From assembly GCA_002269645.1 (NCBI GenBank), contig NIVC01000825.1:62001-126000 (forward strand): a stretch of DNA of 64,000 nucleotides. The letters are read 5' to 3'. Source of the stretch: Macrostomum lignano. Its lineage: Eukaryota. Below, piece after piece: positions 25,791 through 45,956 of the stretch. The stretch's first letter is position 1. The number at the start of each line of letters is the position of its first letter. Position numbers and translations under genes: made by a program. The notes beneath the pieces were generated by a model that made no database searches, was not told the origin of the DNA, and worked only from the letters and a program-made list of their open reading frames with translations.

Positions 25791-26194
25791 CTCACCTTAA
25801 GCCATGGCCTTACTCTAACCCTAACCCTTACTCTCCCTATGATGTTTTGCCTACCAACAACTCCCATCTCATCCCACAAACAGGCATCCCTTTTTGTTTC
25901 TGCTTAATGTTGGAATTTTCAGGACAAAAAACTTCAAGTAAAATAGTTTTTTCTACTTAGTATTCTATTTGGTATTATCAGTCGCACTTTACTCTACTAA
26001 CAAGTAGGAGGTAGTGGAAAGCCAAAGAGCTAACCATTTTTCTAACAAATTTTTATGTACTTTCGAAACAGGATTTTGCAATAAAAGTTTGCAATATGGA
26101 CGGGTTTCGCAGTATTTTGGAATAAAAATTTGGATTTTGCGTGTGAGCGTGTACATTTATAAGTCCTGACGATGCAAAAGTCAGGACCACTGTA

Positions 26195-27275
26195 CGGGAG
26201 TGGGTCATTGGGGAGTGGGTCATTGGTGAGTGGTTCATTGGGGAGTGGGTCATTGGGGAGTAGGTCATTAGGATGTGGGTCATTGGGGAGTGGGTCATTG
26301 GGGAGTGGGTCATTGGGGAGTGGGTCATTGGTGAGTGGTTCATTGGGGAATGGGTCATTGGTGAGTGGTTCATTGGAGAGTGCGTCATTGGGGAGTGGGT
26401 CATTGGGGAGTGGGTCATTGGGGAGTGGGTCATTGGGGAGTGGGTCGTTGGGGAGTGGGTCATTGGGATGTGGGTCGATCATTGGTGAGTGCGTCATTGG
26501 TGAGTGGGTCATTGGGGAGTGGGTCATTGGGGAGTGAGTCATTGGGGAGTGGGTCATTGGTGTGTGGGTTATTTTGGAGTGGGTCATTTTGTAGTGGGTC
26601 ATTTTGGAGTGGGTCATTGTGGGAGTGGTTTATTGTGGTGAGTGGGTCATTGGGGAGTGGGTCATTGGGGAGTGGGTCATTTTGGAGTGGGTCGTTTAGG
26701 AGTGGGTCATTTTGGAGTGGGTCATTTAGGAGTGGGTCGTTTAGGAGTGGGTCATTTTGGAGTGGGTCATTTAGGAGTGGGTCATTGGGGAGTGGGTCAT
26801 TTTGGAGTGGGTCATTTAGGAGTGGGTCATTTTGAAGTGGGTCATTTTGGAGTGGGTCATTGGGGAGTGGGTCATTGGGGAGTGGGTCATTAGGATGTGG
26901 GTCATTGGGGAGTGGGTCATTGGGGAGTGGGTCATTGGTGAGTGGGTCATTTTGTGTGGGTTATTTTGGAGTGGGTCATTTTGTAGTGGGTCATTTTGGA
27001 GTGGGTCATTGTGGGAGTGGTTTATTGTGGTGAGTGGGTCATTTTGGAGTGGGTCATTTTGGAGTGGGTCATTGGGGAGTGGGTCATTGGGGAGTGGGTC
27101 ATTGGGGAGTGGGTCATTGGGGAGTGGGTCATTTAGGAGTGGGTCATTTTGGAGTGGGTCATTTAGGAGTGGGTCATTTAGGAGTGGGTCATTTAGGAGT
27201 GGGTCATTGGGGAGTGGGTCATTTTGGAGTGGGTCATTTAGGAGTGGGTCATTTTGAAGTGGGTCATTTTGGAGT
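26195..27275. repeat. 15-bp G-rich minisatellite (GAGTGGGTCATTGGG/TTTG), ~70 copies
   Basis: Read directly. Confidence 0.93.
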
Positions 27276-27705
27276 GGCCATAAAGAGTTTAAATACGTTA
27301 TACGGAATCTCATCGTTTTTTAACAACTTTTTTAACAAAATTTTTGTAAAGTACATTTACTGAACATGTGGCAAGAGTACACATGTGGCAAGCGCCAGGC
27401 CAGTTCCCTTAGTAACTACATTAAAATCCCCCAGAGACCTATTATTCCTCACATTCGCTGCCGGAGTTCCTCAACTATCATCTGCTTTTTGATGGGATCG
27501 GCAGCAGCGAATTCACATCCGACATCACATGAGGCACATTTCGTGTTTCGTTACTAGCAACGTCGTCTCTGTCGCCCTATGCGGTGCCATGCGCTGTTGC
27601 ATCCGACAGTCCTCATGGGACTCAACTGACCCCACAATTAATGCTCATAGAGAGTTTGTTTGCAATATTCGTTTGCATGCGCTTCTACTCGCTTCTGCTA
27701 TGGCA

Positions 27706-28017
27706 TTACTCACTCACTCACTCACTCACTCACCCACTCACTCACTCACTCACTCACTCACTCACTCACTCACTCACTCACTCACTCACTCACTCACTCA
27801 CTCACTCACTCACTCACTCACTCACTCACTCACTCACTCACTCACTCACTCACTCACTCACTCACTCACTCACTCACTCACTCACTCACTCACTCACTCA
27901 CTCACTCGTGAACTCGTGAACTCATAAACTTATAAACTCGTGAACTCGTGAACTCATGAACTCGTGAACTCGTGAACTCGTGAACTCGTGAACTCGTGAA
28001 CTCGTGAACTCGTGAAC
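27706..28017. repeat. (CACT)n microsatellite (~200 bp) followed by a (CGTGAACT)n 8-mer array
   Basis: Read directly. Confidence 0.95.
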
Positions 28018-29338
28018 TTATAAACTCGTGAACTCATGAGGTCAACACAATTCTTCAGCACCCGAGCCAGTACTCAGCGAGTTAATCCTTTGTCAACATG
28101 TCCCTCAGACTCCCGCTTCGCAACTCCACTAAGCTACAGTGTCTCATTCCTGACCACCGCAGGCTCTGACAGCAGCACAGCTCCTGCTGGCTAATTAGCG
28201 CAGCTGGACACAGCAGACCCGACAGAAACCTGATGCAAATCATCTCCTCCGTCTCTGCCCAACCAACCCGCCACCCTCCAGGTCTCCGGACTCAGCCAGG
28301 CCTGCCCGGCATCCACTACCTTATTAGCACTCGGGTTTGGCGAATCTGTTTGCTATTTAGACTTCCAGTTTGGCAAGGAGAAAGAGAGAAGAGCTGGGGG
28401 AGAGGGGCTTGCATATCGAATGTGGTGCATCCCCGTTGGATCTCCCTTCCCCATCAACAGGAGGGAGGAAGCTGGGGAAAAACCGGCAGACAGTGAGACT
28501 GGAGTGGGATGGGGGGGAGAAGCGGAGTAGTTTGGGGATGCGCACAAGCCGCACAAAGGTGGATCAGCTAGAATCCATGGCTTGAGCTTGTTGGCCTTGA
28601 GTTGGCTGGGATGAAAGTAGCGCACAGGCAGAGGCAGAGATGGGGGAGAGTGAGGAGGGAGGGCCGCTCAATCCGAAGCATCCCGTTGCCTCCCCCCCCC
28701 CAGATTACTTTGGACGAGCGAGTGCTGAGATACCGGCTGAGGGGCAGGGAGAGCGGACTGCCAGATGGAGAAGAGAACACCATGCCTGCCCCCAGCAGCC
28801 AGCGGCATTCTGCCTTCGTCTCAGTCTCTTGTCTAACCCGCACCCCACAACCCCCTCCCCCACTCTCTGCTCCTCGGCCGCTTCCTCTGCCCCCACCCGC
28901 CCGCCTCGCCGCTCAGCCTCCAAGCCAGGCCGTTCTCCTTCTCATTCCTCATCACCTAGCGGGCCTCCCGCATCCAGCTGGTTCGGGGCCGCTGCTCCGC
29001 CCGCCTGCCTGTGGCAGCCACCCACCCGAGCTGAGGAGGACAGTCAGGCAGAGACAGTGAAAGTGTTTGTAAAGGAGAGAGAGAGAGAGGGAGGGAAGGT
29101 GAAGCTGGAAAACTAAGTTCCTTCGGGTTGTTCTTCTGCATTTGCAATCTTGACTGAGCTCGGCAATCGTGAGTAATCGCAATCATTTTACCCCCTTCCC
29201 CCTGCCTTCTAGAAGCAGACTGAAACTTATCTTTGTCGAATTTTGTTGTCAACCAGGTGTGCCGGCACACCTTACCTTCCGGGATCCGATAGCATCCGGC
29301 CAGATAGCAGAGATTTCCACGGCTCCGCCTGAAAGCAG

Positions 29339-30524
29339 ATGTCGACGGACAAGCCAGAGGACGGCCTGACGGAGGAGCAGATCGAGGAATTCAGAGAAGC
29401 GTTCTCGCTGTTTGACAAAGACGGCGACGGCACAATCACGAACAAAGAGTTGGCCTCCGTGATGCGGGCTCTGGGGCAGAATCCGTCGCAGGAGGAGCTC
29501 AAGGTGAGCGCGCGGTTGAGATGTGGGATTCGAGAATCGGGTGTCACCAAAGGCGATGGGGTAATTAGAGAATGAATCATTGAAATTGGTCATTAAAGAA
29601 TTGGTCATTGGATAATTTGGTCATTGGAAAAATACATCTTGGGGAATTTGTCATTAAAGAATTGGTCATTGATGAATTGGTCATTATAGAATCGGTCATT
29701 GGGGAATGGGTCATTATAAAATTGGTCATTGGGGAATTATTCATTGCAAAATTTGGTCTTTGGGGAAACGGTTATTGGAGAATTGTTCATTGAGATATTG
29801 GTCATTAAATAATTGGTCATTTGGGACATTCGGGAATTGGCGATTATAGAATCGGTCATTGGGGAATTGGTCATACAGTGAAGTGCGACAGCCACTCTGA
29901 ATATTTAAAATCATTTCAATGGCATTTCCTCCGGATGATAAATTAACAACCTGTCGAGCTTGCAATTTCCCTGAAGTTGTCGGTCACCGGGTGCTTTTGT
30001 TTCTTGTGCCCATTTTCAATTTCCAGGTTAGCATCCTGCTTTCATCGCAGCCCGAAATTACATTCAGGGGAGTTGCATTTCCGGATTGCTCCCAGCCTCT
30101 CTCTGCTTTCCAAAACCTCTCGCTGCTTCATCAATTTGGTTTCATGAAAAATTCATTTCGCCAAGACTCTTCACCGTCACCACCCCGGGCACCCCAGGAG
30201 ATGATCAAGGAGGTGGACCAGGACGGCTCCGGCAGCATCGAGTTCGACGAGTTCCTGGAGATGATGAAGAAGCAGATGAACAGCGCAGACTCCGAGGAGG
30301 AGGTGCGTCGGGCTTTTCGCCTGTTCGACGCAGACGGAGACGGCTTCCTTAGCGCCACCGAGTTGCACCAGGTGATGCAGAATCTGGGCGAGCGACTCAC
30401 CATGGAGGAGGTCGAGGCGATGATCGGCGAGGCGGACACTGACCGAGATGGCCAGGTGAGCTTCAGCGAGTTCGCCAAGATCATGGGCGTTGGCGGCGGC
30501 AGCGGCGGCGAGTCGAGCAGCTGA
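29339..30524 (+). CDS. Calmodulin-like EF-hand protein (163 aa, 2 exons)
   Basis: Exon 1 29339-29503 (AAG|GTGAGC) and exon 2 30198-30524 (CCCAG|GAG). Four canonical EF loops: [48 protein letters not shown]. Too divergent to be canonical calmodulin; Gly/Ser tail. Confidence 0.93.
29570..29875. repeat. Degenerate ~15-bp GGTCATT minisatellite in the calmodulin-like intron
   Basis: Units like GAATTGGTCATTGGG, related to the 26195 array. Confidence 0.8.
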
Positions 30525-30624
30525 GCACCCGTGGGAGGCCAAACCCGGCAGTGGAAGACGAACTCAAAAAATATTTAACCAAAACATTGCTGCTTGATTG
30601 TATTTATTTTTTCTGCGGTTGAAC

Positions 30625-30930
30625 TTTTCTTTCTGAGAAACACAGACGCTCTGGGATCAAAGGGGATTCCCCCAGCGGGTGGCTAAATTCTTCTTTCTGA
30701 GAAACACAGACGCTCTGGGATCGAAGGGGATTCCCCCAGCGGGTGGCTAAATGCTTCTTTCGGAGAAACACAGACGCTCTGGGATCGAAGGGGATTCCCC
30801 CAGCGGGTGGCTAAATGCTTCTTTCTGAGAAACACAGACGCTCTGGGATCGAAGGGGATTCCCCCAGCGGGTGGCTAAATGCTTCTTTCTGAGAAGCACA
30901 GACGCTCTGGGATCGAGGGGCCTTCCCCCA
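30625..30930. repeat. 64-bp tandem repeat, ~4.7 copies, 3' of the calmodulin-like gene
   Basis: GAGAAACACAGACG (GAGAAG in the last copy) recurs at 30635, 30699, 30763, 30827, 30891. Confidence 0.92.
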
Positions 30931-31922
30931 GATTTGCAATTCAAATTCGCGCTGAAATTTTGTTTAACTATCAGATTAACTTTTTAGGCAGAACATTTAT
31001 AGAGTTCCCGATTCAGATACTACTCGCGCGCTCGTCAGGTTAAGTAGTTACATGTAAGTGCGCACATAGAGGCTTTTTAAATTTTGAATCGCAAAAAAAT
31101 TCGCCTCAGAATTTCAGAACTTCAGGAGTCCCCTGGAAAATCCTCGATAGATATCCAACTGTCAGAAACTGCGTATTAAATGCGTTATAATCCATTGTTT
31201 TCAAAAATGCAATATTATTATCTTATGCATAAATTTTTTGTTGCAAATATGCTGAAAATCTATCGCTAAATGCTTTCGAGACCGCGGCTAATGATATGTT
31301 AATTAGCTAATTTTATTAATAAAGTAATTAATTTCAATAACACGTGTATAATTACAGTGAAAATGAACTTCAAAGTAAATCAGAGTTGCAAAAAATCAAT
31401 AAAAATGTACAAAGATTGTCCAATATATTTGTAAACTGATAGACGGAAAAAGCGGGAAGCGCAGAGCACACTGATAAGTCATGGAAAATCAGCAGAAATC
31501 GTTATTGCACACTTAAAACATCAAAATGTGATCAGGAGTCAGGAAAATAATCAATAAAAAATGTCCGCAAAAATTGATTTAGAAAGGCGGCAATGTAATG
31601 ACAAAGTTGTTAAAAAAGTTGTAAATAGATAATTTAATACGAAATCAAGGAATATCGACTGTAAAAGTACATCGATATTGTCGTCTATGATCGGGAAGCG
31701 ACGCAAACATAAATAAACAAACACTACATGAAAAGCAACATTAAAATTCGAAATTGCTTAAACAGCCGCCCAGTCAGCCAGGAATGTTCGATAAGTGAAA
31801 TTTTTTAAGAAAGCTTCACCCAACGCCGATATGTTGAGTAGTACACATAAAGTTAAACAAAGTCCTATTGAATGCTATTCCGCGAAAACGAAGCCTCGTG
31901 GAACGTCATGGAAAATTCGAAA

Positions 31923-39190
<7,268 letters not shown>

Positions 39191-40265
39191 GGCTGTTGAG
39201 TTGGGTTCGAGTGTTATATAGTACATTGCTGTTAAAACTTATCTTAAATTGATCAACATGATAAAATGGACCTAAAAGTAAAAAAATTCAGACCTAAGTT
39301 TAAGAATATATGTCCTTGTTACAGTATTTACTTTTTGAGTTTTTATCTAAAAATACTAGTTGAACTGCAGTGCACGTTTTCAATGTGACCAAAACGTTTT
39401 TGATTTTTGGCATATATTATTATAATGTTTAGTCTCTAACTGTTTCTTTGTACTAATATTACTGATAACCTTTCTATTACCAAATTAATTTTAATAAAAT
39501 TTAATCTGATTGGGTCAGGAAAAAACAGGTAACATATCTGTAGCTAATTAATAAATCTATAATTAACATATGCATATGCTGGAACCAGACTAATAGTTTA
39601 CTAGAATTACAATGAGAAATATTTAAAATAAATCTATCAGAACAATAGACATCTCCATAATAGTGGCCAGATTAAATAACTACGAAAAAATAATTTGTTC
39701 ATCTAATTCTAAACAAAGAAGAGTTAAAGTCTGATACATTCGAAACAATAAAGGAAATTACATTAGTTAAATGAGTTACATTAATAAGCTGAATATATTG
39801 TGGTTGGCAGAAATTTTGCAAATTAGGCTCGTAGACGTAATTCTTCTTTAAAAAAATACAGAAGATATTTATTCATGCAGGTTAGAAATCTGAGTATTAA
39901 AAATGGAATAAAACAACCACTAACTGTTTGAAATTAATACCACCAATGAGCTACGGGAAAAAGCGGATGCACTATGCATGTCAAAATGAAACAAACATTT
40001 TTAATTGACAAAATATTCTAAACAATAAAAAACCAAAATTATTTATTTAAAAACTATTAGACAGTAAGTTTTTTTCCAAGGATGAAATTATCTGTCTACT
40101 TTAAAAATGTTTCGTGATATTGTTTGAATGTTCTAGACCATAATTATTAATAAAAATGATATTTAAACAATTGTCTAATTTAACCGCACCGCATATGCCT
40201 TAACGTGATTTGATTTAGTTGCATTCCTTTTAAACCTCAATCTAAAACAATAAATCACTTTGAAA

Positions 40266-42725
40266 ATGAAAATTCGAATCACTTTAACCGTTTTTTCGCT
40301 TCTATTTTGCGCATTTAGCCAAGGTAAGTCAGTCAGTAATCATTCTATGAAGATTTCACTCGTAAGATTACCGGTTTACGTTTCTTAAAGCTTAATAAGA
40401 TTTTACGACATTCCAGATCTAGGATGCTATTATGTGTTATTATTGGTGTTTATTACCAGCTTTGTTGAGTTAAATTATTAATTCTCTTGGAGACGGAGAA
40501 AAATTTGAAAGCCAAAAATTGATTTAAATAGCATCATCTGTGAATGTTGTAAATATATTTTAAAACTTGTACGAAAACAGTCAGGAAAAAACCAATAAAA
40601 TCCGCTCAAAAAAAATAAAAATAATTTTGAGCGGATGTACCATAGCCGTTTCAAACACATAAACAGTAAGGAATGAATGGCCGATGTTAGTCGATTTTCA
40701 ATGCCAGTAAATCCGAAATGACTAAATCTTCGCAAAACTGATTAAGACAAATTTTTAAATAATTCACGAATGCATAAATCATAAATATCCGGATGACAAG
40801 AATGTTTAAGAATTGAGCGAATTCTGTGGGCAGATAAAAATAAGCCAACAGTAGAGAGGCACATCAGATTTTTTTATCACAGATGGTAAGTACGTAGTTC
40901 GCTGTTTCGACATGCAATCTGGCAAGAAATGTGTTTAGTAAGTTAATATTATATCTATATATCTAACCAAGCAGTATTCTGCACACCTACACCTACTACA
41001 CACTGCAGTAAACTATAAAGATGACCTTGAAGCCCCACACACTATCGCTGCGCATGGAGGCAAATGCATGGCAAGATACGAGTAGTTGCGAACGTTCTAA
41101 ATATATAAAGTTTTTGGTGAAGATTTACCGCGGTCTCTGCATCTGACTAAAGCATCTCAGTATCTGTATACACTAAATAAACGCATTAAGCGCTATTCCA
41201 CACTTTTATTTATCTATGCCAGCTACAGCCTGAAGTTATACTTTATTATGACAAGAAGCATTTAAGTGGCAGATTCAATTTTCAACTTTGACTTTGTGCC
41301 AAGTCGACAACGTTGAGTGTTTCCAAGATAAAACTTTTAACTCGCTGAACATGGAAAACATCTGTAGTTCGTTGTCATTATTGCAAGCGCAGTGAGGTGA
41401 TTGGATTATGGGGTCTTTGTGGTGTGAGATGGTTGGATAATGGGGGAGGGGTTGTGGTGTGAGTTTGTTGGATAACGCTGTGCTTTGTGCAGAGAGGTGT
41501 AGATCGTGAATGCAACGGTTCAGAAAAACTATTTTAAATTTCATTGTTGGATAAAAAATGACTAAAACTGTTTTTTTCAGTAAGTACGGAATCGCGACAA
41601 GTTCTTGACAGCAGCGTATCAACAACCTCCGCCTTCACCACCGAGGGCGGCAACTTCACCAACGCCGAGGAGGGCGACAACTTCACCAACGCCGAGGAAG
41701 GCGGCAACTTCACCAACGCCGAGGAGGGCGGCAACTTCACCAACGCCGAGGAGGGCGGCAACTTCACTAACGCCGAGGAAGGCGGCAACTTCACCAACGC
41801 CGAGGAGGGCGGCAACTTCACCAACGCCGAGGAAGGCGGCAACTTCACCAACGTCGAGGAGGGCGGCAACTTCACCAACGCCGAGGAAGGTGGCAACTTC
41901 ACCAACGCCGAGAAGGGCGGCAACTTCACCAACGCCGAGGAGGGCGGCAACTTCACCAACGCCGAGGAGGGCGGCAACTTCACCACCACCAATGAGGGCG
42001 GCAACTTCACCACCACCAATGAGGGCGGCAACTTCACCACCAATGAGGGCGGCAACTTCACCACCACCAATGAGGGCGGCAACTTCACCACCAATGAGGG
42101 CAGCAACTTCACCACCACCAATGAGGGCGGCAACTTCACCACCAATGAGGGCGGCAACTTCACCACGGCCGATGAGGGCGGCAACTTCACTACCACCAAT
42201 GAGGGCGGCAACTTCACCACCGAGGGCGGCAACTTCACCACCACCGAGGAGGGCGGCAACTTCACCACCACCGAGGAGGGCGGCAACTTCACCACCACCG
42301 AGAGTGGTGGCAACTTCACCACCACCAATGAGGGCGGCAACTTCACCACCACCAATGAGGGTGGCAACTTCACCAGCACCAATAAGGGCGGCAACTTCAC
42401 CACCACCGAGGAAGGCGGCAACTTCACCACCACCGAGGAGGGCGGCAACTTCACCACCACCGAGGAGGGTGGCAACTTCACCACCACCGAGAGTGGTGAA
42501 GTCACAACAACGATGACAACCTCAAGCACCACTACGCCGTCGCCAGTGTCAAGCTTTAACGCCGGTTCCTTCGTCGGTGGAGCAGCCCTTGGCGCCGGAC
42601 TGGCTATCGTTATCTACCTGTTGTGCATCTGCGCGAAGCGTCATCGAAACTACGGAAGCGCTAGCAGCCAGGACAGAAGCTACGGTTCAGCTGGATATCG
42701 GCGACTCGGCGGGTCGACAGCTTAG
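40266..42725 (+). CDS. CD164/porimin(TMEM123)-like type I membrane glycoprotein with 32 tandem N-F-T repeats (~400 aa)
   Basis: Exon 1 40266-40323 (MKIRITLTVFSLLFCAFSQ, AAG|GTAAGT, phase 1). Exon 2 41581-42725 (TTTTCAG|TA) reads STESRQVLDSSVSTTSAFTTEGG(NFTNAEEGG / NFTTTNEGG)n..SSFNAGSFVGGAALGAGLAIVIYLLCICAKRHRNY..GYRRL.. with no stop, in frame with ORF 42513-42725. Confidence 0.88.
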
Positions 42726-43149
42726 GCTCTCGGGCGTCGATCAGAACAGCGAATATTGACTAAGGTGTCAGTAAAATGATTGCGATGCTATTCAAGATAA
42801 TTTGGCAAACTACTCTGACAAACAACGGAAAATAGCTACCAATTTTTGTTAACCCTGCCCACAGAGTCTAGAATAACCAGATGGGCCACTCAGGCATATG
42901 CTTTGTAAAACAGCTTTCTACTTTCAGTTCAGTAGCAAAGAAAATTACATAAGCTATTTTATAAAAATAAAGGCAGCTGAAATGAATTTGATAAGTTTAG
43001 AAAGAAGCCCAAGCTTGCAGGCGTAAACAACTTGCTAATTGGTTCAGCAATAATGTACATTAGCCAGTCCAGTGAAATGTACATAGCAGCTTTAGGCTGG
43101 AATTCCGAGAAAGGCAATAAAAATTTGGGCGCGGCGGGGGGGGGGGTTC

Positions 43150-43670
43150 ACAAACTCGAAATTTCACAACGTCGAAAGCACCTTCTTTCACAAGGTCGAA
43201 ATTTCACGGGGTCGAAATTTCATAACATCGAAAACTCAAATAGCAGCCACTTTCACAAGGTCGAAACTTCACAAGGTCGAAATTTCACAACATCGAAAGC
43301 TTTAGCAAAGGACTTCATAAGGTCGAAATTTCACAAGGTCGAAATTTCACAACGTAGAAAACTACTGTATGGTTCTTGATATATAAAATTTTCGACTTTG
43401 TGAAATTTCGAGCTTATGAAGTTTCGACCTTGTGAAAGTGGCTGCACTTGAGTTTTCGATGTTATGAAATTTCGACCTTGTGAAATTTCGACCTTATGAA
43501 ATATCTCTTGCTAGATTTTTCGATGTTGTGAAATTTCGACCTTGTGAAGTTTCGACCTTATGAAGTCTCTTGCTAAAGTTTTCGATGTTGTGAAATTTCG
43601 ACCTTGTGAAGTTTCGACCTTGTGAAATAATTTACTTTTCGACGTTGTGAAATTTCGACCTTGTGAAAGC
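43150..43670. mobile_element. Foldback/MITE-like element with arms made of 16-bp units (TTTCACAAGGTCGAAA)
   Basis: Left arm ~43150-43360 is the reverse complement of right arm ~43390-43670, including a ~60-bp variant block (ttcataacatcgaaaactcaa..gcagccactttcac). Short central spacer. Confidence 0.75.
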
Positions 43671-44235
43671 ACCCCGGCGGGGGTACGTATTATTGTACGA
43701 AAAGGCGCAATTAGAGGGTTTTAGCTGGGGGGGGGCAAGAGCCAATAAATGAGCCTTGGCTTTAAAAATACATTAAGATGCTTCAGTTTAACTTACTACT
43801 GAGCTGAAAGTAGCTTACATGCAAAGGTGATGAGTGGCCCATCAAGTTATTCTTGTATCGGTGGCCCTGTCTAACTGGACCGCAGCACTGATTTAGCTGG
43901 GAATCTGTCTGCACTTATTCCCGCTTTGCCAATGGAAGTTGCGTGGCAAAATTAAATGTATTGATGGTAGACTTACAGTAATAACAATGCAGTATTAGCA
44001 ATATTTCCAAATTTAATCCAATTTTGTCATGCATCAATATGTGCTACTTTAAGTAGTATTGATAAAAATGTTCGAATTGATATTTTTTCTATCAAAGGTA
44101 AAAATTACAATGAACAATGAACAATTGTTATATCCACGCGACGCCTCAGCTCGACTGCAATAAGGAGCTTATAAAATTTAATTTAGGTACTAATTGTACT
44201 CTCAATCAATTTTGCTTGATGAAGTTTGCTTTCAC

Positions 44236-45460
44236 GGAAGTTTGCGAGCCAAAGGATGCTTGTGGAAGTTTGCGAGCCAAATGATGCTTGTGGAAGTTTG
44301 CCAGCCAAAGGATGCTTGTGGAAGTTTGCGAGCCAAATGATGCTTGTGGAAGTTTGCCAGCCAAAGGATGCTTGTGGAAGTTTGCCAGCCAAAGGATGCT
44401 TGTGGAAGTTTGCGAGCCAAATGATGCTTGTGGAAGTTTGCCAGCCAAAGGATGCTTGTGGAAGTTTGCGAGCCAAAGGATGCTTGTGGAAGTTTGCCAG
44501 CCAAAGGATGCTTGTGGAAGTTTGCCAGCCAAATGATGCTTGTGGAAGTTTGCGAGCCAAAGGATGCTTGTGGAAGTTTGCGAGCCAAAGGATGCTTGTG
44601 GAAGTTTGCCAGCCAAATGATGCTTGTGGAAGTTTGCGAGCCAAAGGATACTTGTGGAAGTTTGCGAGCCAAATGATGCTTGTGGAAGTTTGCCAGCCAA
44701 AGGATGCTTGTGGAAGTTTGCGAGCTAAATGATGCTTGTGGAAGTTTGCGAGCCAAATGATGCTTGTGGAAGTTTGCGAGCCAAAGGATGCTTGTGGAAG
44801 TTTGCGAGCCAAATGATGCTTGTGGAAGTTTGCCAGCCAAAGGATGCTTGTGGAAGTTTGCGAGCCAAAGGATGCTTGTGGAAGTTTGCGAGCCAAAGGA
44901 TGCTTGTGGAAGTTTGCGAGCCAAAGGATGCTTGTGGAAGTTTGCGAGCCAAAGGATGCTTGTGGAAGTTTGCCAGCCAAATGATGCTTGTGGAAGTTTG
45001 CGAGCCAAAGGATGCTTGTGGAAGTTTGCGAGCCAAATGATGCTTGTGGAAGTTTGCCAGCCAAAGGATGCTTGTGGAAGTTTGCGAGCTAAATGATGCT
45101 TGTGGAAGTTTGCGAGCCAAAGGATGCTTGTGGAAGTTTGCCAGCCAAAGGATGCTTGTGGAAGTTTGCGAGCCAAATGATGCTTGTGGAAGTTTGCCAG
45201 CCAAAGGATGCTTGTGGAAGTTTGCCAGCCAAAGGATGCTTGTGGAAGTTTGCCAGCCAAAGGATGCTTGTGGAAGTTTGCGAGCCAAAGGATGCTTGTG
45301 GAAGTTTGCCAGCCAAAGGATGCTTGTGGAAGTTTGCCAGCCAAATGATGCTTGTGGAAGTTTGCCAGCCAAAGGATGCTTGTGCAGGAAGTTTGCCAGC
45401 CAAAGGATGCTTGTGGAGGAAGTTTGCCAGCCAAAGGATGCTTGTGGAAGTTTGCGAGCT
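44236..45460. repeat. 28-bp minisatellite (GAAGTTTGC[G/C]AGCCAAA[G/T]GATGCTTGTG), ~43 copies
   Basis: Read directly; two dimorphic positions. Confidence 0.95.
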
Positions 45461-45956
45461 ACTACGTCGAACGTGTTTTCCATCATGCGACACTTTTAAG
45501 TTGCTTAGTGCAATGTAAGTTACAAAAGCATAAAAAATGCACATTGAAAACTAGCAATAAAAACGTAATGAATAATTTCTGACAACATATTATTGTTTAT
45601 AATAATTTAATATTAAATCCAACCTCAATATAGCGTTGCAAACAAATTTTCTTTCGGCAAAAAACGCCTAATCAGAATTTACGACTCAGTTGAAATAATG
45701 AAATAGCAAAGCCATACTCACAGCTTTATTTACAAGCAACATACAAGAGGACGCTTCACATTATTTTAGTCATTGTTGATAAGCTATTTTCAACGGTATA
45801 ACTTGTTATAATCAATCGCTAGCGATAAGCGCTATTGGCGCAAATTTAAATTAAGAATTTGAATTCTGTATTCAGATCTACCAGAGCTGTCTGAAAACTA
45901 TCTACGTAATCCCCGTGGCAATTTTATTACTCATTTAATACTTTGGTTTTGCCAGG

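Noticed and set aside
25815-25828. Telomeric (CCCTAA)n
   Set aside because: Only about two units.
24904-25960. Several 260-310 aa repeat ORFs on both strands
   Set aside because: A 30-bp unit is open in most frames at once; no frame is favoured.
41534-42532. ORFs 41534-42532 (-) and 41605-42516 (+)
   Set aside because: Shadow frames of the real N-F-T repeat exon.
44183-45582. Long ORFs in the 28-bp array
   Set aside because: A unit length not divisible by 3 gives an 84-nt pseudo-period; non-coding satellite.
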